A stretch of 43,610 nt of DNA from Ktedonobacteraceae bacterium (GCA_041499255.1 JBGQJX010000001.1:1-43610), one strand, 5' to 3'; numbered from the stretch's first letter, positions 1 to 8,797 are shown. Numbers and translations are program-made. Notes: generated by a model not told the origin, from the letters alone.

Positions 1-13
1 CAGGAGGGCCAGG

Positions 14-607
14 ATGCCGGTCAGCTACACCAATCGCAAAGGACTGACGTACACGCTGTACCGGGGACAGACCAGGACCGGCAAGCCACGCTATTACTTT
101 GGTCGCGCCGGCCAGGGTCAAGGTGAACCGGTCACGGAGCTCCCACCCGGCTTCACGATCAGCGAGAGCGTCAACGGTGTGGTCTCCCTGGTCAAAGACC
201 GCCCCTCACTGATCCAGCCAGAGGAGGTGGCGGCCATAGAGACGGCGGTGCAGCAGCACCCCGAGGCGCGCCAGTACCGGGTCGCCGTCAAGCACGACCG
301 GATCGAGATCTACGAGCAAGTCGGCCCCGATTACGACGCTCTGCTCGGCGAGCTGCATATGGTCGGCCTGTCGAGGCCGGGCATCGCCGAGCGGTTGCAG
401 GCCTTTCAGGAGCAGCACGCCCGCTACACGCCGGTGTTGCGCTTCATTCTCCTCGATCCGGCGCGGCGACAGTTCGGCGCGGAGCGGATGTGCTACCGGG
501 GGAGTGTCGACGGTTGGTTGGAACTGGCACAAACGGGATCCGTGGCGAAGTTGGCGCGTGAACTCATTCCCACCCTGGGCACGGACCAGTTCTATGAACT
601 CTGGTGA
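14..607 (+). CDS. hypothetical protein, no recognisable domain
   Basis: 197-codon ORF preceded by caggagggccagg (AGGAGG-like RBS). Clearly more GC-rich than most of the window. No motif I can name. Confidence 0.5.
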   Translation: MPVSYTNRKGLTYTLYRGQTRTGKPRYYFGRAGQGQGEPVTELPPGFTISESVNGVVSLVKDRPSLIQPEEVAAIETAVQQHPEARQYRVAVKHDRIEIYEQVGPDYDALLGELHMVGLSRPGIAERLQAFQEQHARYTPVLRFILLDPARRQFGAERMCYRGSVDGWLELAQTGSVAKLARELIPTLGTDQFYELW

Positions 608-745
608 GCCAGCGACGGACGCAGGAGAGACAAAGCACATGCCCAGCTGTATATCTTTGAGCAGGCAGGCCATGGAATTCTTACTGACGTTCCTGAAGAA
701 TTTATCCAGGCGCCACGCACATTTTTGGTTGCTTCATCAAAAAGC

Positions 746-2199
746 GGCAGGGAGACCCGTCTCCCTTTAGGGGACGGGAGGAACTGCCGCAAAAGCACCC
801 TTCTCACCCTCTTGGCTTCTCACGCCTACTGTGATAAACTACCTGTGTGAAACAACTACTCTCGGCAAAACTTCAATTGCATACGAACCCTGAGCAATTT
901 CAGGCACTTCGTCGCACGCAACTGGCCTACCGCGATGGCCTCAATGCCGCGAGCACCTATGCTTTTGCGCATGGCAAAACCAGTAGCAATCAGACCTTAC
1001 ACCGGGGGATGTATACAGCATTGCGTGCGACGTATCACCTTCCCTCACAGTTAGCCTGTAGCGTCGAGCGACACGTTGCTGCCACCTATAAAGGACTGTG
1101 GACAAAGGTCAAGAAGAATGCCGCCGCACGCAAAGCTGGGATGACCAAGAAGCGCTACAAAGGACTGGACCAGGCTCCCAAGTTTGTTTCACCTACGATG
1201 CAGTATACCTATGAGCGTGATTACACCTTCAAGACGAAGCACCAGGTCAGCCTGAAGACGCTTGAGGGACGTCTGACCCTCTCCTACCAGGGCAAGGACG
1301 CGCATGTGGCGCTTCTTCAACACGGAGCCACGCTTGGCGATGCCAGGCTCTGGTATGATCAACCAAAGAAACGGTTCTACTTGCTCGTGTCCCTTGAGGT
1401 CGAGGTTGCGGATCCAACCTTTGAGAGCCACAAAGCGGTCGTGGGGGTAGACGTCGGGATCCGCTATCTCGCGGTCACTTCCACTGCTACCGGCAGACCT
1501 ACCTTTCACTCAGGAAAACACGTGCGCGAGAGCGCCAATCACTCTGCGAGACTCAGGAAACGCTTGCAGCAGAAAGGCACTCGCAATGCAACGCGGCGGT
1601 TACGTCGGATTGCCCAACGAGAGAGACGGTTGAAACAGCAAGCGAACCACGTCGTCTCAAAACACATCGTGATGACCCACCCACAGGCCTTGATCGGCTT
1701 AGAGCAGTTGACCGACATCCGTGAACGCACCAGGCGACGCAAACGACGTGGGAAAAAGAACGGCCAAGGGACAGAACCCGTCTCCCCGAAAGCACGCAAA
1801 GCCAACCGGGGCTACGCGCAATGGTCTTTTGCTGAACTGCACCACATGATCGCGTACAAGGCCGCGCTTGCGGGTTCGATGGCCATCAAAGTGGATGCCA
1901 ACGCAACTTCCAAGGCCTGTCCCAAATGTGGCTATAGCAGTGACAAGAACCGCCCACACAAGGGACTGCGGTTCCATTGTCAGAACTGTCACTATGAGTT
2001 GCATGCCGATTTAGTGGGTGCGCGGAACATCACGATGCGAACGCTCTTGCTCCGACAGGATTGGGGCAAGACGGGGCACTTGTCAGTTGCCCCTGATGCG
2101 TCGGACAAAGAAGCCAAAGCAGCGCGTCTCACCAGATACGCTGAATTGCGGTGGAGTCCAGATGCAAGCTCATCCCCTTCTAGGGAATTGAGTCACTGA
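746..2199 (+). mobile_element. solo-tnpB IS200/IS605-family (IS1341-like) element, copy 1; boundaries approximate
   Basis: Intact tnpB without tnpA. A ~43-nt imperfect palindrome (746-788, GGCAG...CCCGTC...GGGAGGAA.CTGCC) lies upstream and is also found upstream of the second copy (5341-5385). Similarity between the copies stops at the tnpB stop codon. Confidence 0.55.
847..2199 (+). CDS. tnpB: TnpB-like RNA-guided endonuclease (IS200/IS605 OrfB)
   Basis: GTG start. RuvC-I VGVDVG, Glu in ALIGLEQL, zinc ribbon CPKCGY...CQNCHY, RuvC-III HADLVGARNI. 450 aa. Confidence 0.9.
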   Translation: MKQLLSAKLQLHTNPEQFQALRRTQLAYRDGLNAASTYAFAHGKTSSNQTLHRGMYTALRATYHLPSQLACSVERHVAATYKGLWTKVKKNAAARKAGMTKKRYKGLDQAPKFVSPTMQYTYERDYTFKTKHQVSLKTLEGRLTLSYQGKDAHVALLQHGATLGDARLWYDQPKKRFYLLVSLEVEVADPTFESHKAVVGVDVGIRYLAVTSTATGRPTFHSGKHVRESANHSARLRKRLQQKGTRNATRRLRRIAQRERRLKQQANHVVSKHIVMTHPQALIGLEQLTDIRERTRRRKRRGKKNGQGTEPVSPKARKANRGYAQWSFAELHHMIAYKAALAGSMAIKVDANATSKACPKCGYSSDKNRPHKGLRFHCQNCHYELHADLVGARNITMRTLLLRQDWGKTGHLSVAPDASDKEAKAARLTRYAELRWSPDASSSPSRELSH

Positions 2200-2654
2200 C
2201 TTGCTAAACAGGTACGCAAGCGCTCGCAAACCGCAGCTATCTCAGCCGCTTCGCCTCGAGGAGCCTCTGGCCATTCATCAATACGGGTACCCCAGTATGC
2301 ACGGGGAGTCCCTGGATACCGTGGGACAATATGCATATGCAAGTGGGAGGCGTGATCTCCAAAAACGAAGAGATACACATGCTCTGCTCCCTCACTGGCT
2401 TTCAGTGCCCGGCTCAGACGGGCCACGAGCAGTCCGAGTGCTTGAGCTTCCTCGTTCGTCTGTTCCGCTAGCCCGGGCGCATGTCGCTTCAGTTCGGCTA
2501 TGAGGTATCCCAGGTAGGTGGATCCCTGATCAGTGCGGATATGTCCAGCGTACACTATGTGATCTTCGTAAATAGCTCCACCTGGTATATTGACTTCTCC
2601 TCGGTGTTTCTGACAGATAAAGCATTCTGCTGTTTGTAGATCTTGGATATTCAA
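2193..2654 (-). CDS. HIT (histidine triad) family protein
   Basis: Histidine triad HLHMHIVPR near the C-terminus. 153 aa. The 3' end overlaps the tnpB stop by 7 nt. Confidence 0.85.
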   Translation of the reverse strand: MNIQDLQTAECFICQKHRGEVNIPGGAIYEDHIVYAGHIRTDQGSTYLGYLIAELKRHAPGLAEQTNEEAQALGLLVARLSRALKASEGAEHVYLFVFGDHASHLHMHIVPRYPGTPRAYWGTRIDEWPEAPRGEAAEIAAVCERLRTCLASQ

Positions 2655-2793
2655 ATGCTTCTCCCTTCAGGCGTGATAGATAGTATTCTACCATGGCAAT
2701 CTTCTCACGCAAAGTGCGGGAGAGCCAAATTTGCAGGGGAAACTTTCTTCCAATTGACGTGGCTAAAACGAGACGTAGGCAAGCTGCATTCAC

Positions 2794-3219
2794 TTATTTG
2801 AAAATGGCATCCAGCGAGATTTTGACGGGCTCGATTTTGACGATGACACGCGTTTCCTTTTGCTTTTGTTCAACGGGGTATATGTCGCCATAGAAGCGCT
2901 GTTTGCCGGTGTAGCGCCGCGTGAGCTGGTCGGCATGGGCTTCCGCGCCTTCTTGTCGTATGTCTACCACGTTGCCTCGCACCTCGATCCAGCGGCTGCT
3001 ATCCTTCGGATCAATCACTAGCAGCGCTACTTTTGGATTGGCGCGCATGTTCCGCTCTTTGTATCTTTCGAGCGTCGTGTTGATGAGCACGTGGGTGCCA
3101 TCGTAGTCTACCCAGACGAGGCTGGACTGAGGTTGCCCGCCGGGAGTCATGGTTGAGAAGACGCCGTGTACCGGCTGGACCAGTAAATCACGATGGGTGT
3201 CAGGAATGGGAATGGTCAT
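2794..3219 (-). CDS. PPOX-class (pyridoxamine 5'-phosphate oxidase-like) probable F420-dependent enzyme
   Basis: 141 aa. Pattern HRDLL...GQPQSSLVWVDYDG..VLINTT..R.K.RNMRANPKVALLVIDP...IEVRG is typical of the PPOX split-barrel family. Confidence 0.8.
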   Translation of the reverse strand: MTIPIPDTHRDLLVQPVHGVFSTMTPGGQPQSSLVWVDYDGTHVLINTTLERYKERNMRANPKVALLVIDPKDSSRWIEVRGNVVDIRQEGAEAHADQLTRRYTGKQRFYGDIYPVEQKQKETRVIVKIEPVKISLDAIFK

Positions 3220-3225
3220 GCTGCT

Positions 3226-3651
3226 TTAATCTTCTACTCTGACATGGATGGGAGCTACTTTGATCTTGACCGGGACGTAGGTTGCCTGCAACTGGACGGG
3301 AATACAATCTCCGAAGAACCTGGCGCCTGGCTTGCGCGTGTACTTTTGGGTGAGCTGATTGAGATGATCCAACGCCCCCTCTTCCGTCATGTCGACGATG
3401 GTCCCGCGAATCTCGATATGGCGGAGCGGGTGCTTTGGATCGTAGGCCAGCAGCGTCACGTTCGGGTTGGCGCGCATGTTCTTTTCTTTGCGAAATCCGC
3501 GCATGGTGTTGAGCAAAACGTAGTCCCCTTCGCGGCTGCACCAGACGGGGGTGATCTGTGGCTGGCCATCAGGCATAACGGTAGTCAGCGCCACACAAAC
3601 GTCGCCATCCAGCAAATCTTGATGCGATTGAGGGAGTGGAACAGGGTTCAT
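3226..3651 (-). CDS. PPOX-class probable F420-dependent enzyme, tandem paralogue
   Basis: Same motif layout as the neighbour (GQPQITPVW...LLNTMRGFRKEKNMRANPNVTLL...IEIRG). I prefer the ATG at 3651, which has AAGGAAG 6 nt upstream. The ORF-track start at 3708 would overlap the E2 remnant. Confidence 0.8.
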   Translation of the reverse strand: MNPVPLPQSHQDLLDGDVCVALTTVMPDGQPQITPVWCSREGDYVLLNTMRGFRKEKNMRANPNVTLLAYDPKHPLRHIEIRGTIVDMTEEGALDHLNQLTQKYTRKPGARFFGDCIPVQLQATYVPVKIKVAPIHVRVED

Positions 3652-3700
3652 GCGCAACTTCCTTTGTTGTGAGCATTCACGCGGTAGATGTCTATTTTCG

Positions 3701-3925
3701 TCAGACATCTACCGCAGGCGCCAATTGCTCGTCGCCGAGACCAAAGCCACGCTCGATCAGTTCTTTTAGTCGTTGGACGAACCGGGCGGCTGGCGCACCG
3801 TCGATCAAATCATGATCGAAGTTCAGCGTTATACAGAGATATTCGCGGATGGCTATCTGCCCGTCGACGACGCCTGGCTTCTCAGCGATGCCGCCCAGGG
3901 TAAGATCAAGGGTATGATCAGTCAA
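3701..3925 (-). pseudogene. C-terminal remnant of a 2-oxoacid dehydrogenase E2 acyltransferase
   Basis: Translation ...ITLNFDHDLIDGAPAARFVQRLKELIE matches the E2 catalytic-domain C-terminus (DH..DG motif). Only ~74 codons remain, with no plausible start. The upstream part is replaced by the tnpB element. Confidence 0.6.
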
Positions 3926-5244
3926 TCACCCCCGGATAAATCCCGGGGGCTTGTGTCTAAGTTCCACCGCAACTCTGCATACCGTTGTAGGCGTGCAGCT
4001 TTGGCTTCAACACTTGACACATCAGGGCACACTGACAAGGTACCCGTATTCATCCAGTCTTGCCGGATGAGCAACGTGCGTAGCGCTATGTTTCTCGCAC
4101 CCACTAAATCAGCATGGAGCGTGTAATGACAACTTTGACAGACAAAGAGCAAACCCTTGTTGGGACGGTTCTCTTTGCAGGTATGTCCACACACAGGACA
4201 CGCCTGACTGGTGTAGTTCGCATCAACTTTGATTGCCATACTCTCCTGCAAGAGGGATTTGTAGGCAATCATGGCGTGCAACTCAGCAAAAGACCACTTC
4301 GAGTAGGTCGCATTGGCACGTCGTTGTTTCTTCGTGGCCTTCTGGCCGGTGCGTCTCCTGGTGCGTTCTCGAATGTCTGTCAAGTTCTCCAATCCGATGA
4401 TGCTGTGGGGATGCTGGTCAACGACCTGTCTCGAAACGACATGATTGGCGTCTTGCTTCAACCGTCTCTCTCGTCCACTGATCGCCACGAGGCGACGGGT
4501 TGCGGAACGAGTGCCTTTTTTCTGAAGACGCTTACGCAGTCGTGCATAATGGTTGGCTTTGGCTCTGACGCGCTTTCCCGACTGAAACGTACAGGCGCCT
4601 TGCGTGGTGCTAGTCACTGCCAGGTAGCGCAAGCCGACATCGACCCCAACCACGTGTGTATGGGTGGTGGGGGGAGGGTCTGCGGTCTCCACCTCAAGGG
4701 TGACCAACAAGTAGAAACGCTTCTTGGGCTGGTCGTACCACAATTTTGCAGCACCGATCTGGGCACCTTTTTGGACGAGGGCCACATGCTTCGCATAGCC
4801 CGAGTAGGGGACAATCACCCGCCCCTCCAGCGTCAAGATGCTGACCTGCTGCTCTTTCTTGAAGCTATAGTCCTTGCCATATTGGTACGTCAGCGTGGGG
4901 GAAACATACTTCGGGGCTTTATCGAGTCCTTGATAGCGTTTCTTGGTCAGGCCCTCCTGACGCAGTGCTGCATTCTGCTTCACCCTGGTCCAGAGCGTTT
5001 TGTACGTTGCCCCAACCTGCCGAGGAACAGAACACGCCATTTGCGAGGGGAGATGAAAACGAGCGCGTAGCTCAGCATACGTTCCTTCTTGCAATTTGAC
5101 CTTGTTACTCAGCTTGCCCTGTTCGAAAGCATACTGACTCACCAGATTGAGCGCGTCACGATAGGCCAATTGAGTAGCACGTAATGCTGCAAATTGCTCT
5201 TGAGTGGGATGGAGTTGTACTTTCGCCGTAATCTTCGTTTTCAT
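3922..5244 (-). CDS. tnpB: TnpB-like RNA-guided endonuclease (IS200/IS605 OrfB), second diverged copy
   Basis: VGVDVG, IIGLENL, CPVCGH...CQSCHY and HADLVGARNI are all intact. Roughly 60% aa identity to copy 1 by eye. Confidence 0.9.
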   Translation of the reverse strand: MKTKITAKVQLHPTQEQFAALRATQLAYRDALNLVSQYAFEQGKLSNKVKLQEGTYAELRARFHLPSQMACSVPRQVGATYKTLWTRVKQNAALRQEGLTKKRYQGLDKAPKYVSPTLTYQYGKDYSFKKEQQVSILTLEGRVIVPYSGYAKHVALVQKGAQIGAAKLWYDQPKKRFYLLVTLEVETADPPPTTHTHVVGVDVGLRYLAVTSTTQGACTFQSGKRVRAKANHYARLRKRLQKKGTRSATRRLVAISGRERRLKQDANHVVSRQVVDQHPHSIIGLENLTDIRERTRRRTGQKATKKQRRANATYSKWSFAELHAMIAYKSLLQESMAIKVDANYTSQACPVCGHTCKENRPNKGLLFVCQSCHYTLHADLVGARNIALRTLLIRQDWMNTGTLSVCPDVSSVEAKAARLQRYAELRWNLDTSPRDLSGGD

Positions 5245-5385
5245 ACGCAGCAGAATATCAATTATTCACAGAATTGTCAACGGAGGGAAACTGATGAACA
5301 TAGTGAACAGGGCCTACCCACTCAAGCGCCAGATAAGGAAGGCATCATTCCTCCCCGCCTGAAAAGGACGGGGCATCCTGACGCC
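3922..5385 (-). mobile_element. solo-tnpB IS200/IS605-family element, copy 2; boundaries approximate
   Basis: tnpB plus the conserved upstream palindromic element at 5341-5385. The 3' end carries hairpin cccccggg..tccggggg just before the stop. It abuts the truncated E2 gene. Confidence 0.5.
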
Positions 5386-5398
5386 GTTTTGGTGATAT

Positions 5399-5450
5399 AA
5401 AAAGAAACGTCCCAGGCTGCTTGTGTGCTGGCCTGGGACGTTTCTTTTTT
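5399..5450. terminator. bidirectional intrinsic terminator
   Basis: 17-bp perfect stem aaagaaacgtcccaggc / gcctgggacgtttcttt, with an A-run upstream and a T-run downstream. Lies between the tnpB element and the tRNA genes. Confidence 0.7.
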
Positions 5451-5452
5451 AC

Positions 5453-5528
5453 TGGTAGCGGGAACAGGATTCGAACCTGCGACCTCCGGGTTATGAGCCC
5501 GACGAGCTAACCACTGCTCTATCCCGCG
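5453..5528 (-). tRNA. tRNA-Met, initiator type (anticodon CAU)
   Basis: Hand-folded cloverleaf: CGCGGGA acceptor with a C1xU72 mismatch, anticodon loop CTCATAA closed by three G:C pairs, TTCGAAT T-loop, encoded CCA. Confidence 0.85.
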
Positions 5529-5559
5529 TCATTGGTAAGCGCCTGGTGCGAGGGAAAAC

Positions 5560-5635
5560 TGGTAGCGGGGGGAGGACTCGAACCTCCGACCTTTGGGTTA
5601 TGAGCCCAACGAGCTAACCACTGCTCCACCCCGCG
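5560..5635 (-). tRNA. tRNA-Met, initiator type (anticodon CAU), second copy
   Basis: CGCGGGG acceptor with a C1xU72 mismatch, GGGCTCATAACCC anticodon arm, TTCGAGT T-loop, encoded CCA. Confidence 0.85.
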
Positions 5636-5814
5636 TCACTCATTTACTGCGGCTACCATAGGATACAACATAGATTGCGGGTTGTCAACCATCATATTTT
5701 GGCCTAGATGGCGCGAAAAAAGTAGACAAAAGCCTTGCAACTTCGTTAGAATGCTATAGATGAAACGCAAGAGGAAAAGAGGGATGGGGCAGGTATAGGG
5801 AGGGGTATGGAGAG

Positions 5815-6351
5815 ATGACGCGACTATTAGCGCTGGACGTTGGAGAGGCGAGAATAGGGGTGGCTGTGAGCGATGCGATGGGTTTGCTGGCCTCGCCTTA
5901 TACGACCCTGCAAGTTGATCGAGGCGATCAGACGGATGAGTCGAAGGTATGGGCGGCGATACAGCGATGTATCGATGAAACTGAGGCGGAAGGTCTCGTG
6001 GTAGGTTTGCCGATTAGCCTGGATGGGCAGATTCATGCGCAAGGGGAACGTGTGCAGGCATTTGCTGAACGTCTAAAGCAACATATCGCTATCCCCATGA
6101 CGTTCTGGGACGAGCGCCTTTCTACGGTTGAGGCACAGCGTTTGCTGGCTGAACGCGGCGAGCAGGAGAGAGGGAAGCGCCAGAAGGGAAGAGGGCGAAG
6201 AGGGCAAAGAGGGCAGGGTTCGCAGCAAGGACGAGGGCACACGAAGCGACGGCAGAGAAGAGGCCACGAGATCGATGCTATGGCCGCCGCCGTTATTCTC
6301 CAGGAGTACCTGGATTCCCTGGGGCACGAAAAAGAGGAAACGACTTTATGA
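5815..6351 (+). CDS. ruvX: Holliday junction resolvase-like RuvX/YqgF with Arg/Gly-rich insertion
   Basis: N-terminus LLALDVGEARIGVAVSD is typical of YqgF. 178 aa, against ~140 typical, because of a GKRQKGRGRRGQRGQGSQQGRGHTKRRQRRG segment. Confidence 0.85.
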   Translation: MTRLLALDVGEARIGVAVSDAMGLLASPYTTLQVDRGDQTDESKVWAAIQRCIDETEAEGLVVGLPISLDGQIHAQGERVQAFAERLKQHIAIPMTFWDERLSTVEAQRLLAERGEQERGKRQKGRGRRGQRGQGSQQGRGHTKRRQRRGHEIDAMAAAVILQEYLDSLGHEKEETTL

Positions 6352-7442
6352 AACGACGAAGGGCACGCGGCGCAATCATCGCCGTATTATTGCTTGGCCT
6401 CCTGATATTTAGCCTTGTCTACTATACATGGAACACGGCCGCCGCGATTTTTCAGCCGGTGGACGCTGCTGGACAGGGAAGAGATATTATCATTCAGATT
6501 CGCAAGGGCGAAACGGCTGCCCAGGTTGCCGATGATTTACAGGCGAAGGGTCTGATTCGCAATGCGTTGGCGTTCCGCCTGTGGGCGCGCATCAAGGGTT
6601 TGGATGCGCAATTGCAGGCGGGGGGATATAATCACTTAAACACAAGCATGACCATCAGCGATATCATTGACCAATTGCTCACCGCCTCACCCGATGTGGT
6701 TTATGTGACAATTCCTGAAGGCTATCGTATCGAGCAGATTGCGCATGCGTTTGCAGAGGCGGGGCTGGTCAAGTTCAACGAACAAGATTTTCTGAAATAC
6801 ACGCTGCATCCAGACCAGTTTCCTGACGCAAGCAAGTATCCCGTTCTGAAGCTCATTCCGCGTAATCATAGTATGGAGGGACTGCTCTTCCCCGCGACCT
6901 ACGATATTCCTATTGACGGCACCACGGGAGACGTGGTGAATAGGATGTTGACGGCCTTTGATGACTATACACAGAAAAATGGGTTGGTAGCAACGGCCAA
7001 AGCGCACGGTCTGAATGAGTACCAGATGGTGATCCTGGCTTCACTGGTCCAACGGGAGGTATCTCATTATAGTGATGCTCCTGGAGTGGCCGGTGTGTAT
7101 TGGAATCGCGCCTTTAGTACTGTGCCCAATGATACGGCGGGCTTTCTTGGCTCTGACCCCTCGGTAGAGTATGCTCGAGATACGGAGACCCCACCTCAGC
7201 ACTACTGGCTGCAACTGGCAGGCGCGGGAAAAAATATTGCTACCAACAGTCCCTGGAATACCTACAGTTTCAAGGGGCTTCCGCCTACGCCAATCTGTAG
7301 TCCTGGACTGGCCACGTTGCAGGCTGCCGCGTCTCCGGCGAAGTCGAATTACTTCTACTTTTTTAGCACAAAAAGCGGGAGTATTGTGTATGCGACCACG
7401 TACAACGAGTTTTTGCAAAAATATAACTCTATGCCACATTAA
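6348..7442 (+). CDS. mltG: endolytic murein transglycosylase MltG (YceG-like)
   Basis: N-terminal TM helix, then the YceG pattern (EG.R..QIA..., EGLLFPATY, ILASLVQRE, NTY...GLPP.PI..PG). 4-nt overlap with ruvX. Confidence 0.85.
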   Translation: MKRRRARGAIIAVLLLGLLIFSLVYYTWNTAAAIFQPVDAAGQGRDIIIQIRKGETAAQVADDLQAKGLIRNALAFRLWARIKGLDAQLQAGGYNHLNTSMTISDIIDQLLTASPDVVYVTIPEGYRIEQIAHAFAEAGLVKFNEQDFLKYTLHPDQFPDASKYPVLKLIPRNHSMEGLLFPATYDIPIDGTTGDVVNRMLTAFDDYTQKNGLVATAKAHGLNEYQMVILASLVQREVSHYSDAPGVAGVYWNRAFSTVPNDTAGFLGSDPSVEYARDTETPPQHYWLQLAGAGKNIATNSPWNTYSFKGLPPTPICSPGLATLQAAASPAKSNYFYFFSTKSGSIVYATTYNEFLQKYNSMPH

Positions 7443-7459
7443 AGAGAGTAAATAGCATC

Positions 7460-8356
7460 ATGAACCTGAGCATCTGGCAAATACTTTTTCTGGCCCTGCT
7501 GCAAGGCGTGACGGAACTGTTCCCTATAAGCAGTCTTGGCCATACCGTGATTATTCCGGGGCTATTTGGCTGGGGTGACCTTGTACGCAACCCGGCATTT
7601 TTACCCTTGATTGTTGCGCTGCACCTGGGCACCAGTGTTGCGCTGTTTGTTTATTTCTGGCGCGACTGGTTTCAGGTAGTGCAGAGTGTGGTGAAGAGCG
7701 TCAAGGACGGCGAAGTGAAGAGAGGGACGGAGGAGTGGGTGAGTTTTCTGATCATCATCGGCTGTATTCCTGGGGGATTGCTTGGCGTTTTTTTAGAGAA
7801 GCCGCTCAAGTTACTGTTTGCCTCTCCGCTGGTTGCTGCTACGTTCTTAGTGGTCAATGGCTCAATTCTTTTTCTGGGTGAGCGTATGCGCCGCCGGACA
7901 GAGGCACACATGCAGGTAGAGAATATCGATGTCAAAGAGCGAGAGGCACGGTTTCGCCCGCTTTCGTCCCTTTCCTGGAAGGAAGCGGTTATTGTCGGCT
8001 TCGCGCAGTCGCTCGCGCTGATCCCGGGGATATCACGTTCAGGCGCTACTATGGTGGCCGGCCTGGGGATTCGTCTCAATCACGAGGACGCGGCTCGTTA
8101 CTCCTTTTTGCTGGGGACGCCTCTGATAGGCGCGGCGGCGCTGCTGGAGGTGCCACAGCTATTTAGCCAGTCTATGCAAGTTTTGCTGCTGGTCTTGTTG
8201 GGTATGGTCCTGGCGGGAGTGGCGGCTTACTTGAGTACTAAGTTCCTGATGAAATATTTTGAGACAGGTCGTCTCTATCCCTTTGCTTATTATTGCTGGG
8301 GAGTGGGCTTGTTGTCGCTCATCCTTTTCCTTATTGTTTTTCCGGGGCGGGGGTAA
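7460..8356 (+). CDS. uppP: undecaprenyl-diphosphate phosphatase
   Basis: BacA/UppP motifs: LLQGVTELFPISSLGH and PGISRSGATM. Polytopic membrane protein. Confidence 0.9.
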   Translation: MNLSIWQILFLALLQGVTELFPISSLGHTVIIPGLFGWGDLVRNPAFLPLIVALHLGTSVALFVYFWRDWFQVVQSVVKSVKDGEVKRGTEEWVSFLIIIGCIPGGLLGVFLEKPLKLLFASPLVAATFLVVNGSILFLGERMRRRTEAHMQVENIDVKEREARFRPLSSLSWKEAVIVGFAQSLALIPGISRSGATMVAGLGIRLNHEDAARYSFLLGTPLIGAAALLEVPQLFSQSMQVLLLVLLGMVLAGVAAYLSTKFLMKYFETGRLYPFAYYCWGVGLLSLILFLIVFPGRG

Positions 8357-8478
8357 ATATCCAAAATGGCTATTCTATTACAGAATGTGAAGCTTAAAAG
8401 GTTTACACGTTTGATACAATGGAGACGCTCTGGGAAAACCAGAGTAGATATTTTTAGAAGAGGTAGGTATTGTTTCGA

Positions 8479-8676
8479 ATGAAGAATTCCATGGTTTATT
8501 ATCTAATCATCGGCGCTGGAGTCGTTGGCCTCGCGGTAGGTGTATATCTGATGGCGACCGCGACTGTAGCAAGTCCTCATCATTTAACCAAATACGCGGC
8601 TCTTGGTCTTGGCGCAGTGCTGGTACTCGGCGGTGTTGTAGGTATGTTTGTCATGAAGCCTAAAGCAGCCAAGTAA
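8479..8676 (+). CDS. small two-TM membrane protein
   Basis: Hydrophobic 65-aa ORF followed by a 16-bp hairpin. ATG at 8479 preferred over the TTG at 8470. Confidence 0.45.
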   Translation: MKNSMVYYLIIGAGVVGLAVGVYLMATATVASPHHLTKYAALGLGAVLVLGGVVGMFVMKPKAAK

Positions 8677-8700
8677 TCTTGACGTTTGCAATGGGAGATG

Positions 8701-8742
8701 CGAAGAAGCACTAAGATGGAGACATGTCTTAGTGCTTCTTCG
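8701..8742 (+). terminator. hairpin, probable terminator
   Basis: 16-bp perfect stem cgaagaagcactaaga / tcttagtgcttcttcg. Weak T-tail. Confidence 0.5.
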
Positions 8743-8797
8743 ATATTTCCGCCCTGGCTATCTGGCTGGAGGTATATGAAATAGCGTAAGGGTGTAT

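Noticed and set aside
4114-5070. 318-aa plus-strand ORF antisense to tnpB copy 2 (with similar antisense ORFs inside copy 1)
   Set aside because: It has no motifs and lies fully inside a well-supported TnpB gene. This is a typical shadow ORF.
6033-6412. Alternative-frame ORFs across the RuvX Arg/Gly-rich segment
   Set aside because: These arise from the purine-rich repeat. The RuvX frame is supported by conserved N- and C-terminal motifs.
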